From NCBI GenBank assembly GCA_010015585.1, contig ML975152.1: DNA of 64,000 nucleotides; one strand, 5' to 3'. This document shows, piece after piece, positions 12,100 through 24,935 of this stretch (position 1 is the stretch's first letter; each line of letters begins with the position of its first letter). Under the pieces are notes generated by a model, which was given only the letters and a program-made list of their open reading frames with translations, was not told the DNA's origin and ran no database searches. This DNA comes from Eremomyces bilateralis CBS 781.70 (lineage: Eukaryota). The translations under genes were made by a program, and so were the position numbers.

Positions 12100-14447
12100 C
12101 TAGATAAGAGTTGGACCAGTAAAAAATGTTGTTTCCTTGGATCTTCCTCGGATATCCTCCCTTAACAGCACGAACTCCACTCCATCCACGTTGCCAGCAC
12201 TGTAAATCTCCGCATCCAGGGCAGTAACCCACGGACAAAAGCTCACCAGTACCAAATGCCCTTCCTCATAGCTGCTTGCCGAGCTACGGTTCTGTTTTTT
12301 CCGAACCAGGAAGACGACGGTCCGCTCATCGGAGGCCGCAGCGATGTCAATCGGAGCGAAGCAGTCTCGGTTTGTGTGGTGAGGGTTCATCAGCCTATGT
12401 ACTTCTTGCGACGAAACCTGCTCAGTTTCACAGGCGTGCGTTATGCTTGTAGTAGTGGGTGGCGCATTAGACTCCGGTAGAAGCGGAGGGGGCCAGAGAG
12501 TGATGGGGGAGTAGCGGTATCCTCGAACGCTTGCCTCTGTTTCCTTTGGTTCTTCGTCGAGGTTCGTTGCTAAAATATCAATGTCGAAAGCGGTCGGATC
12601 GTCAGAATCCACCAGATCCTCGAAGTCCATATCCATCCATATCAAGTCTAACCTCGGCGAACCTATCTCTGAGTTCGCTCGCTGCTTGCCCTTCCCGGCA
12701 TCTGGCTTGCTCCAATTCGAAGGGAAAGGGGCGAGCCGCCTGGAACCAGTGCGGAATCGAAGGCACCCTGCCATACTTTTTGCTGACGCCTCGCAGCAGT
12801 TGCTGTCACTCACCAGATCTATAAACGTAGCGGATGCTAAGTTGTAGGATCGGTACCGCGTCCGTGCTGCTATGAACGGCGGGCTACTTCTATATCGGGG
12901 GTGTTCTCTCTCTGGATGAATGGTTTCGGTCTTGAGCTTCAGGCGCGGTATGTAGTTCGGGCGGTTCGCGCTCGTCACGATAGTGACGTATGGGTCATCT
13001 TCAGGCAGCTGGTGCGGTTCTTCACCGTCGGGGAAGGTGATATCCGCCGTGTAGAACGTTCGATACGCCGAACTGCCGCCGTTGGTCCATTCTCTTCGAC
13101 CCTCGACGATGGTCAGCTTGCCGATATCCTCTTTGACTTGTAAACCCAGAACAGTCCATAGGTCATCTAAGGGACCTTCGTCGTGTTGCCTCCTATAGAT
13201 CCTCTTATTTCTCTTGAGGTCAGCACTGTATGGCTTCGCAAGGGGAAAGCAGATGCAGTCAAACAAAGAGGTCCAGTCGATCTCTTCATTGTGCCACGAA
13301 GTCTGATTCGACACACCGTAGAAGTGGTCCTCATGAATCTCAAACGCGCATGTAGAGCTCATCTCAGATCCCACGAAATCTGGAAGTTGTAGACTTGCTA
13401 CGCTAGGAACACGTCCATCCCGTTTGGCATCTCCCCAGTCTCGGAACAACGTTCCTTTGATTACCCATTCAAGGTACACATGGCTTGCGCGGCCGCTCTG
13501 TGTCCCCCAGAAGATATAATTCTCGTTGTGACGAACGAAAAGCTTCTCTGTCGTCTGGAGTGCTGCTCGAAAAAGCTCAATGCCTTCATCCCCTTCGTTT
13601 GTGGTGATACCGAGCGCGAGAAGCCAAGCACTTACGCCTTGAGCGTCCTCTTGCATTGGACGGAAGCAAAGCGTTAAAACATTATCAATAAAGCCCATGA
13701 GTTCGATCTCAGACTCTGAATCAACGAGATTAAGGTCATCCCACTCTTTAGGAAAATTGACCACATTAAAAGGGGCATGATGGTCGTCCCCTATGAAGTC
13801 TCGAAGTTAGCCGTAAGTCAGTCTGCAGCCTGGAATTGCCCAGAAAATCCCTAGATGCGTACATCCCTGTGGGAAGCGGTGGTTGCCACAATGTAGAACC
13901 ACTCACCACTGCTGTTCTGTAAGGCTCCATTACATGGCTGCTGCCTGGATTTCGGTATCCGCTGCGAAGAATTCCCACTCCGCACATTGCGCACGAAGAT
14001 TCGCTTGTCACTGATGAAAGCTAACCAGCCATTTTGATATACAAAGCTCAAACAATTCCCAATCGAAGTAACACTGAAAGGTAGCCCATTTCCGACCGCC
14101 GATCGACGCTGGTAGATGTTGTTGAAACCAATTTCTGCGGTTATGAGTCCGGCTTTGTACTGCCGCCATTCCTGGCTGAAAGGGGCCCAGAACTACAAAT
14201 CGGTTAGCATGAACAGGCGAATTTACATCCCCGAACGGAAGAGGTACAGCATTGAATACAACAGAGCAAAAGCACGACTAGAGAGCAGATGTACTACCTC
14301 AATTGCAGATCGACAAATGAATGGATCCTGAGCAAGGAACGCAAGAGCTGGAGAAGCCTGACTAAGATGGGTAATGTCGTTAATGTCAATATAAGATGTG
14401 ATGTTTACGAGAATATCGAAAGGCAGTGAAAGTATGGTAGGAGACAT
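12100..14447 (-). CDS. F-box domain protein (spliced)
   Basis: N-terminal ILSLPFDILVNITSYIDINDITHLSQAS is an F-box. A long downstream exon has RRQHDEGPLDDLW and EGRREW motifs. Exon boundaries are approximate. Confidence 0.8.
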
Positions 14448-16661
14448 TGGTTAACGCAGGGACTTATAGAATCTGATTCTGAGGGATCTCCCATGAGCCC
14501 TGAGCATAGATGGAAAGAATGTGTACAAGGAGTAGCGGAATATTGACAGAATGAGCAGTATGACTGGACGCTTGAACACGGGAGTTAAGGAGAGCCTCCT
14601 CTATCCACGCCACAGACGCGGAGCAGCAGTTATGTAGCCAGTGAGGCTCTAACAGAGTCCGTAGCCTTGCCGCCCTTCGGAATCTTTGGTGTATTACCAA
14701 ATACAAGGCAACCCCACATATTAACGTCCAGTACCCATACCCCATCTCTGCTGCAGCCTTAGGGACGCGGAAGGTGTAATATGGCTACGTGTTTGGTGAT
14801 ACGACGGAGCGGGATGAATCAGGAATGGGGGCACAGCATTACGATAGGTTAGGCCCTCAACAGATGAAAATTGATACAGATGAAATTGAGGCTCTGCTAC
14901 GGGCTTACGGCCTCTGCAGTTCAGGGGGGTTTCGGCGACTGCATCACGCAACTTAGAGTATTACTGACCAAGAGGGTGCAGGTCGCCCCACTCTCAGAGA
15001 GACTTTCGCCTGGGAATCCTGAATCCACAGACCATGGGGCCCGGGGCACATCACGTGACTGAATGAGCCAAACTACTTCTCACTCTCAGATGAACCTTCC
15101 AAAATCTATGCATAGCTTAATGCATTAGGAATACATTTATTATAGCCAGTTTATAAAGACTTGGTAATATATTAAAGATTCATTCTTAATTCATTTCTAA
15201 TCTAGTAGAAGAGTTCCCCAAAGCCGTGACCGTTCAGAATGCCTTCAAAATGCCTTCACAATACCAGCTTGGCGATTCTCATGCGAAAGTTTACCTACCA
15301 TATCTGAGAGTGGAGTGGAGCGAGGTCAACATCATTTAACACGTGATGCGGCTCTTTTATCAACCTGGTGACATTCAACATGTTTTCGCCTCTCTTTTGT
15401 CTCAATTCCCAGTTCCCCTCACCACCAGCCTTCAGGTACCCAGCTCTCGCCCACCTGATCAGAAGTTTTTCCCAGTTTCCTCCATTCTGCTCATCGTACG
15501 GTACGGAATAGTTCGTTGTAGATCATCCTTGAAGCCTCAGTTCTGACGGGTGGTGGGCTACGTTCTCGTCTCCTTCCCCCCTTTCCTTCTCTTATCTTCC
15601 TATGCTCGGCTACTGGTTCGTCCTTGAAGACATCGTTGTACTGCTTGATCAATAGGAAACATCCGCCACGCATTGCCCACATTTGCCGAAAGCAGCTTTT
15701 TCGATACTTCTATACTCTGCACATATATGCCGGCAGGCGAGGCGGCAGCCCTTCCCCGGTCTATATCAGTGGTGCCGCTGCACGGGGCGAAGCATTCAAT
15801 CCCAATCCCAAATTATATGTTTATCTGGTCTTTCGTTGGTTTTCGTGTGTTTTTCGCTTTCTGTGCTTTTAAAGAATCGTCGTCTATCCCTCGTATGACC
15901 TGTTACGACCACTTCGGCACCTGATTGACTGCCTCGAGAATTGGGTAGCGCTTCATACCGATATTGATTTTCACCCGTCCAAGTTTTCTCAAACTGTTGT
16001 CATGTTGCTGTTGTGAACACAGGGCACTTGGGAGTTGGGACCGATTTTACGTACCAGCTAAGGCTATTTTTGCCCCCGTATCTGCCGTATGCCTTGTCGG
16101 GCAAAGAGTTCCGTTGATTTGGTCTTGTCCATCCATTCATGGTTTGCCAATGCATCATTCCGAGTATATCTTATATGAGTATCTCTTGATAGGTGCAATG
16201 TGGCACATGACCCGTCGATATGACGTGGATCAGGCCCCCCTACATCAAACTCAACAAAAGAATGACATTTGACCGAGACATAGTCCCGTCAGTTTACATT
16301 AAATGCGGCTTGCACCTGCCAAATCATTTGAAGGAGGCTGTGCAATGCCAAAAAACACCTGCCAATTGAGAGCCCACGGCTTGCCGCCTTTTATGTGCGG
16401 TCCATTGGGTCCAGATTCATCTCCATTTCCAAAGAACAGAACCGCGCTCTGCCAAGTGCTAGAGCACAAGCGTGGGACCCGAATGCAGCTCACTGCGCTT
16501 CTACCAAGATAACCATCGAGAACATCGGATTTGGCAGATTGTGATTATATTTCATACAGGGGACCTATCGATTTTTTCTGCAAATATTCCATCTTATTAT
16601 TGTCGCACCAAGTCCTTTGCTCGTTCCGTTTGTTTAATTATTATATGAGGCCACTATATCC

Positions 16662-17669
16662 TTACAGTTTTGATGACTGCCCGGCCCTGTCAGTGAATTT
16701 CTTGATGCTAGCCTTGCTATCATCGCTCGCAAATCTTGCTCTCAAGTCATGGCCCTCCTTTAGGCCAGCTTCCTTCTGTTCTGCCAATAGCGTCTCCGTG
16801 TTGACAAGTTTCTTTGTCAACCTCAAGCTCTCCGCCGAGTTCTCGGCAATCTTCTTTGCCTTCGCACAAACAGCTTTGTGGAATTCTTCCACACTTCCCG
16901 ACTCAATAACCTTGGTCACTAGACCTGACACATACATATCTTGCGCCGGTATGCGGTCACCTTCAACTAGCAGCCGGTTCGCATGCTGTCGGCCCATCAC
17001 TTTCGGGAACGAATAGGATGATGCACCTTCGGGAACAATTCCGAGTGATACGAACGGGGTCTGGAAGAATGCGGAAGGATGCGCATAGACCAAGTCAAAA
17101 TTAAAGAGCTGCGTACAGCCCCAACCGATACTAGCCCCATGGACGGCGGCGACGAGGATTTTCGGGTAACCGATGAGCCTTGGTCATGATCACGCTCAGC
17201 AGATGCTCGTTTCTGACATTTGGGGTAAATGGCTCACACTTGACCGAGTTTCCCGCCAGCCTCGATCTCCTCATTAGGTGACGGTCCCTCGCCTGGCGCA
17301 GAGAGTGCCTTGCCTACGGTTTATGAAACGTATCAGTATTCTGGCCCATCCAAGGGTCGGTTATCAAGGCTGTGAAGGTATAATATGCAAGACCATATAC
17401 GTGCCTGCAGAATAGTGCTTCCCTTTTCCACCCCTGGGCAAGAACATGTCAGCATATATAGTATACCACGCCTTACTGCGTGTGAGAACGTACTGCACGA
17501 TGACCTTGATCTCAGGTTCGTCCCTGGCCCACTCTAGCGCGACCCGCATATCAACCCATTGCCGTAGGGTAAAAGCATTGGCGATCTTAGGTTGATTGTA
17601 CAAGAACAGCACCGCGCCCTCGCTGAGTCGCTCGATGGAAATTGTGTCTAGCCTTGGTACCGGCGCCAT
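16662..17669 (-). CDS. Peroxisomal enoyl-CoA hydratase/delta3,delta2-isomerase (crotonase fold, spliced)
   Basis: NQPKIANAF, YPKILVAAVHGASIGWG, TPFVSLGIVPEG motifs. The C-terminus is SKL*. Confidence 0.9.
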
Positions 17670-18914
17670 GGTTCGTTATACTATTCTGAAGGGCGAATAA
17701 GAGTACTCCGTGTGGTGGACTGCGGCGAACCGGTCAACTAAATACGATTCAATAACGATGCACACATCTTAGTTTTCAAAGAAACCGGCACTCTTATTTC
17801 TATCCAAACTCTATCAGGCACTAGCTCTAGGCGTTTCATTCACGGATGGCTATTGGCGCTGAGGCGCCGGCAGTGGAACACCTCGGATACATCAATATCA
17901 CGGTCTCATGAACGACATGCAAGCCGAGAGTCGGTAGCTTGAGCTGCTCCACCTCCACGTTCCGGCAACGGAAAGGTGGGGTTGAAGCGGGCGTTCCACC
18001 TGGCCCGCTCCCACCCTTCCGCCCCGCTCCCGCACCTAAACGATCGGCTCCAACAAAGCAAGGTTCTTCGCACAGCAATTGCTCAAGGTATTTCCGATGA
18101 TAATAAATTAGATTGGAATCGAGGCTGTGAGAAGGCTTTCGTCCTTCTTCGCCTTAGGCTTGCGACAATCGAGATGCACCTTCCGCGCGTTGCCTATACT
18201 CCATCTGTACCTAAGTTAACTAGTTAACTTAATTAGTTAACTAAGTTGGCAGTTTTCAACAACCCGCTTACCTATCTTCGACGAAATCCAGCATGCCGTA
18301 TTTCAAACGTGGCAAGTTACTATTGTCTTACACTGCAACAAAGAAATGTCCGCTCCGAGCGACAACTTGTTCAGCTAGCATTTAAGCGTTCAATCAAGTC
18401 AGCCAGCCGTACCATTGCGCATTATTCCTAGGAATGATCAAGACGCCCATCACGACAACACCTGAATTGGACTTATTGAAGATCCACCTGGTTAGCACGT
18501 TCCCCTTTGTGGGGGAACAGCCGGTCCTATACCAACCACGGCTAGAGCGATGTCGGAATGATAAGTCGGTCTGAGCAGCGCAAGCCCAGACCCACGGCCA
18601 TGTTCAAAATCCCTGCTGGAGGTACATATACTCTACAGTACTATGCAGGTAGGGAATCTTTGCCAACGCTGTTGCTACTTGCCAGACCGCTGGAGCCGAA
18701 TGATAGAGGTTGGAGAGATGATGAATGAACTCTCACTCTCTCAGGTATTAAGCTATGCTGGATTACTGACTTATCGAGGTGGGACTGGCAAGAATCCGCT
18801 CTCTTTATTCCCTCCCCCTCGTATCTCGAAGTGCATCGTCCAGTTCCCACTAGATCAAGGTCTTAATTGCTATCAGTACCGTGGTCTATCCAGTAGCCAA
18901 CGCTGATTCTCACG

Positions 18915-20691
18915 ATGTCGATCCTTGAAGCGGTCCTGACATCGATCCGCGAGCACTGGCTAGCTGCGGGTCTTCTGGTACCGATCATCTATATTGTGAG
19001 CGTTGCCTTTTATCGTCTGTATCTGCATCCGTTGGCAAACGTCCCAGGACCGAAGTTGGCGGCGGCGACGTGGTTGTACGAAATATATTTCTGGAAAAAG
19101 TTCGTGATCGAAATCGGAAGGTTACACGACATCTACGGTACTGATCCCGCCGATGGTTCTTTTCGTCGCCTTCCTTTTCCATCTTCGATGGCCTGACGCT
19201 GATGATTTCGACGCCATGGAATAGGCCCGATTGTTCGAATCACGCCAAATGAAGTCCATGTAAATGATCCAGCGTTGATTGACGCTGTGTATCCTGGTGG
19301 AGGGAAGAAAGTTGATAAGGATCCCTACCAAGTTCGCATGTTTGGGATACCTGATGTGAGTCTCGGCCTGCCCGTTCGTATGAGCCTCCATGTTTACGTC
19401 GAACCACAGACAGCGTTCCTGACTATCGATCACGAAACCCACAGGATCCGGAGAGGTGCACTCAACCGATATTTCTCGAAGGCAGCGGTTAATAAGATTG
19501 AACCGTACATCCGCGAGGCAGCTGAGAAACTATGCAGCTGCATCGCCTCCTACGCCGGCTCCGATACGGTCACTATCTCCGTCGCGTTCTCAAGTTTCAC
19601 GACGGATGTCATCACTGAGTACCTCTTTGCGAAGAGCTACCACATGATCGATAGACCTCACTTCCTGCCCAACCTACAAGCCGGAAACGACTCGCTCGGG
19701 GAGCTTCTTCCCATCCTGAAGCAACTCCCGTTCCTTCACACCGTAATGCGCTGGATCCCGCAGGAACGGATGCTAAAGATGAATCCTGGCATGGCCTCTT
19801 GGATCCGCGTTGAGCAGGACTGCCATCAGCAGGTCAAGGACGCCCACGCCCGTCTCGCAAAGCCGGACCGTGTCTACTACACTGTAATTGACGAACTCCT
19901 TCATGCGGACCTCCCCCCGGAGGAGAAGCGTGACGATCGGTTGTTCCTGGAGGCTGTAGTCCTCATTAACGCGGCCACTGAGACAACCTCCTGGAACCTC
20001 TCTCTCGCAACCTTCTACCTCCTACACCAGCCCCATACCCTCGCCACATTGCGCCAAGAGCTCCTGACTGCGTCTGGAGACTCCCTGGAACTCCCGTCTC
20101 TTACTACCCTCGAAAACCTCCCGTACCTCCAAGCCACGGTTGCGGAAACACTGCGGCACGCTTACGGGGTAGTCCAACGGCTGATTCGTGTCCACCAGGA
20201 TCCTGTGCACCTGCGCTCGACTGTCAAGATCCCAAACCGGGATGGTTCCGAGAAGGTTCAGGTAAAGGAGGTGAGCTACGTTATCCCCAAGGGATACTCG
20301 CTGTCCATGACGTCCCTATGGATCCACAAAAATCCAGACCTCTTCCCCGATCCGGATAAGTTTGCGCCGGAGCGATGGTTGGACGCCGAGGGGATGAAGA
20401 GGAAAGATTTGGACAGGTATCTCATGTCTTTCTCGAAGGGGACCCGGCAATGCCTTGGGATCAAGTACGTCCCTTGCTCTTTTCTTTCGTTATCGCAATA
20501 CAATTATACTGACTTCGATGTCAAGTCTTGCATATGCAGAATTGTACATCTGCATCGCAGCAGTGGTATTACGTCTCGGGGACCAGTTGGAGCTGTTTGA
20601 GACAGATAGGTCGGATGTGGAGTTTGATCATGATGTTTTCGCAATGAGGCCGAAACCTGAGACGAAAGGTATCAGGGTTACGGTTAGATGA
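18915..20691 (+). CDS. Cytochrome P450 (trichodiene oxygenase/CYP58-like), spliced
   Basis: N-terminal TM helix, HPLANVPGP, GPIVRITPNEVH, AATETT, ETLR, PERW, heme motif FSKGTRQCLG. Confidence 0.92.
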
Positions 20692-21104
20692 AACTTACAT
20701 TCTCTAGCTTGGTACGTTTTACTATTCGCTTGACGGCCTAATTGATTTTGGCAGGCAGTGACCAGTATCAGTTCCCTGCCTGTGGATGCGTTTTTATATG
20801 GCACAAATTGCATGGGCTTTCTTGTCGAGGGTTTAGGGGTAGGTATATCTCGGATCTTGGTAGAGGATGGCGAGGAATGTCAATACATTTCATACGCTTC
20901 AAGAATTCGAGTTGAATATCTCCCATTGATGGAATGATAGAATCATTGGCGCAGCTAAAAGCTTACTGAATAACAAGGAGAATCGTAACAGTCGTGTGAA
21001 GTAGTGTACTCAGTCCAAATAATGCCACCCACAATAACGTATCCACCTGGTGGCATTCGAACAGTCGGAAATGCGGTATGGTCGCACCTTTGCAACATGA
21101 ACAC

Positions 21105-22618
21105 TCATGAAGTCCCCGCCGGCGGCTTCTGGCCGTAGATGACGTGACTAGCAAGATGGTAAGACCACATCCAGCGACATAATATGGGATCAGAATGGGG
21201 GGATAGAACGTACTAGTTGTGGTAGAAAGGGAATTCCTTCATCGCTTTTCTAAAATCAGCGTTCAGCACTTGAGCCTCTAACGTTGACCAGCCCGCTAGC
21301 TGGGTCAACATCCGCAAACTGATCGCCTCCAACCCCTCGTCCAGGGCCAACCGGTAGCACCTCCCAATTTCTTTCAACACCGGATCCTTGGGCCAGATGC
21401 CAATAGGCGTCTTCAAAACCGTCTCCTGCACATTCACGAAACCCGTCTTGGTCACCCGGTCCTTAAGACCCACCGCCGGGGTGGTCGATCTCCCTGCCTT
21501 CTCCTCGGCCGTGCTCATGACCACTTTGTGCCACTTCTTGACAGTGTTGTCGGGGAGATCGAGCGAGCCATCGGGCAAGCGGGGGCGGTAGTCCCAGTCC
21601 TTGAACTCGACCCATCCGCCTGGGGTGAGGTTGTCGTAACACTGCTTGACGAGTTGGTCCCAGTCGCGGATGGACCCGGCCAGCCAGCTTGCGTGGATCA
21701 ATTCGAAGGGATGTCGGTAGGTCCATGGCTCTTCCATGTCGTCGACTTCGAAGTAGCAGTTCGGGGGGACGAATTGCGCTTGAACTGGGCTGAGGTCGAT
21801 GCCCGTGACGACTGCGGCAGAATACTTGTCCGCCATGTCCATAGCCCAGATTCCTATGGCAACCATGCTGATGAGAAAGCGGAAGGATTACGGGGAGGCT
21901 GCGAGAGGAAACGGAGACGAGATCTACCTGTTCCGGCCCCAAGGTCCAATACACGCCCGGAGAAGTGCTCATCCAGGGGAGCAAGATGCAGCTCGCCATT
22001 GAGTTGGAGCAGCATCATATGATGGTGCATGTCTAATCGGTCGGCCTCCTGCTCATCGTTCGGCGAGAGGTAGGCTGAGATCATTCGCAAACATATCAGC
22101 GATGCTGGCAGCAAGAGCGCAGGTTCTGGAAATCGTGCATACTTCCAGCCTTGTACGAATGATATCGTCGGCCATTTTCGTATTGGTGATTCCGAACCGA
22201 TGAAGCCAGCGACGTCGTCTCGCTTGCGCTGCTACATGCTCAATGCTGATCCTTGCGACATGTACAAGTATTGTTGTATCTTACGTATCGCCAAACCCAG
22301 AATCGAGATCACCGAAGCCCTGTGTCCCGGAAGATGGTTAGCACGGGGTCTTTCAATCATAACGGAACGCTGTGCAGTGAGCAACGATGGGACACCAAAA
22401 CATCGGCCATGCGACCATGGAATGTCCTCTGACTTGGACACCGGTCCGGGGTCGCGGTAACACGGCAGAACGGTGATCGACAAGGTCGGTCTAGAAGGCT
22501 AGAAAGGATGCCGTTTCTTGCTAACCTCTGCCGTATCCACCTCAATATGGCCCACACCCTGTGGTTGGTCCGCTGGTGGGGCGCCTGGCGCAGGCGGCGT
22601 GGTCGAGGGGTCGGACAT
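21105..22618 (-). CDS. LaeA-like SAM-dependent methyltransferase (spliced)
   Basis: YENGRRYH, PNDEQEADRLD, VLDLGAGTGIWA, GIDLSPVQ, LTPGGWVE, PIGIWPKD, YGQKP motifs. Confidence 0.9.
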
Positions 22619-23586
22619 GTTCAACGACACCACAGTCTAGTAGGATCGGGGGCAAGCAGATATATGGTCGCACAACAGGATGGATCTGCCTTCCGTGGTT
22701 GATAGCGAGTACCTGAGTATATACGATGGTCTGCGTAGTAGGAAATGAAAGACTAGGGGAGATGGAGGCTATATAGTAGTTTGATGGGATAATTAGGGAT
22801 GGGAGGCTCTCACGGCTCATGTAGCCATGCCCCTCAACGGCTTCAAAAACGGTTCCAGAATCCAGCTGGACGGTGGACTTCCTTTGTCGCTTATAGAGCT
22901 GCAGGTTCTCCGTTATTGCTTGTCAGTTATCCAGGCGTCCAGTGCGTCCGTCTGCTCGCTTGTACCGACATGGAATATAACTTAGACCCTTACTCTGTAA
23001 GGAATGGTCCATGTACCAGATACATGAAGTATCTGGTTATTCGGGAACAAGTATTAGCAACTACTGGAGTGCCGAATCCTCGGGTCCATATCACATATGT
23101 ATGTTTGTATTCCCCCACGTCAGTTTCGTCCACTCACCCGCGATGACTGCTGCAGTTGGCCCCATTAGGAGCAATCCTTCTTTGTCGGAGCCATCAACTA
23201 ATAGAATGCGATGTGCTGCAGTACGACTCATGAATCTAATGGAACGTGAGACCTCTGATGGCCGATGTTAGTTGTTAGGACCGAGGACTGGGAGAATGCG
23301 ATCCAATCATCCGTATATGTAGCCTGATTTGGAGATCCGAGATGATACAATACTTAGGTGGGATAGCATGGAAGAATGATTCGTGATTCCAAACTCAGTT
23401 TATGACATAAGTTCCAGTTAATTCCGGAGTTCCCAAAATGATACGCCGGGGACATAACGCACTCCGAAGGTACACAATAAATGGTTGGGTTTACTTTCTC
23501 CTGCAATATTATACAAGCAAAATTGCCGGATTCTCCCCCCGATGAACAACGACACGATCAATCGACTCACCACCTATGCAAAGCGT

Positions 23587-24264
23587 CTACTTTGCCTGGG
23601 TCTGTGGCGCACCATACTGTGATGGGACCATCATCCCCGCTGGCTCCTTAACAATGATAGCACCATTCGCGGCCCTCTGTGCCACGATGTTCTTGCAGTT
23701 ACTACACGTATGGACGTACTGAATCGTTTCCGTTTCCATGCATGAAAGGCAGCAAAGCGCCGGCCAAAACACCAGGCAGATGAGGCATATCATCACCCTA
23801 CCGGTATTTAGTCCGTGTCCCAGCCATTCAGATCCGAAATATATGGTACTTACCCTGGAATTGGCTCTTTATCCCTCTGAGTGCGGACCTCGGTCGTCGC
23901 CTGGCACTTGCAGAACTTACAGTCTATAGCTGCCGGCGTCTGTTGAAGTTGGCTAAGAGGCGTAACCATAACAGGAGCAGGAGCTGGGACTGGATGTGCT
24001 GCCGCTTCGTATTGAGGTGGTGGATGTATGGTATCGGGATGTGCGATTGGCGTGGAGATTGGTCTGCTTGCTCTTAGCCTGTGTTTTCGCAAGGCAGCTC
24101 ATTGGTACTCACCCCATCTCTACTCCCCCATCTGTGCGCTTTGCATCAGGGGGGTAACTTGAATTGACAGCCGGCGGACTCGCTGGCGAGATTCCATCAC
24201 TCGCGGCATCTGTCGTACCATTGACTGGTAGGGTTGCCGGTGCAGGTTGCTGATCGCTTGACAT
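23587..24264 (-). CDS. LITAF-like zinc-ribbon membrane protein (spliced)
   Basis: Pro-rich N-terminus with PPQY, then PAAIDCKFC, a hydrophobic Cys-rich segment and HTCSNC. Confidence 0.8.
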
Positions 24265-24935
24265 GGTGAAAGCAGTTCTCTTCACACTTCAAAGTCGGGT
24301 TTTTACAGGATCCAACAAGGTGAAAGCATTTGGGAACCCCAAGACTTTATACGAACCTGCCTCAATATGTAAAGACCAGGATCTCTACCCCAGTTCTTTA
24401 GCGGCACAGACGTTTGGCAATTTAGATGGGCATCGCACCGACTTGAACTGGGGCATTGCCGTCAAAGTCTTCCGCGGCGCGGTCGAGTGTCGTCGATCGA
24501 AAGAGTCGATCAGAAGGCTGAGCCGCATTTTCATTGGAATCGCGTCTCGTAACCATCATTTCTCGGGATGCGGCTCTTCAAAAGTTAAAATCCCACAGTA
24601 TTGCAGATTTCCATTTCACATGATGAGCATGACTAGTGACGACGACGAGCCGCCACCGAAATATGCCTTACCTTTTCCCTGCCGTATTAATATAACCAGG
24701 GCCAAAGCGGAGTGGTTCACACGTGCAGGGCTGTCTCAAGAGGGTGTTGCACTCGAGAACTAGTAGTAGTACGGAGTACATTTGCCACAAAAAGAGGCTG
24801 TGAAGCCAACTTTCCAACATGGCAGGAATTAAAGACGAATTAATATCCGACTGTTCCGGAAGGTGGAAGTTCGGCAGCGCCGCACGGAGGATGTCATTGG
24901 CTACTGCGAGTACGAGAGCGCGTCTCAGGGATGTA

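Noticed and set aside
15757..15810. tRNA-like A/B-box resemblance (TCAGTGGT...TTCAATCCC)
   Set aside because: No cloverleaf can be formed and the acceptor and T stems do not pair.
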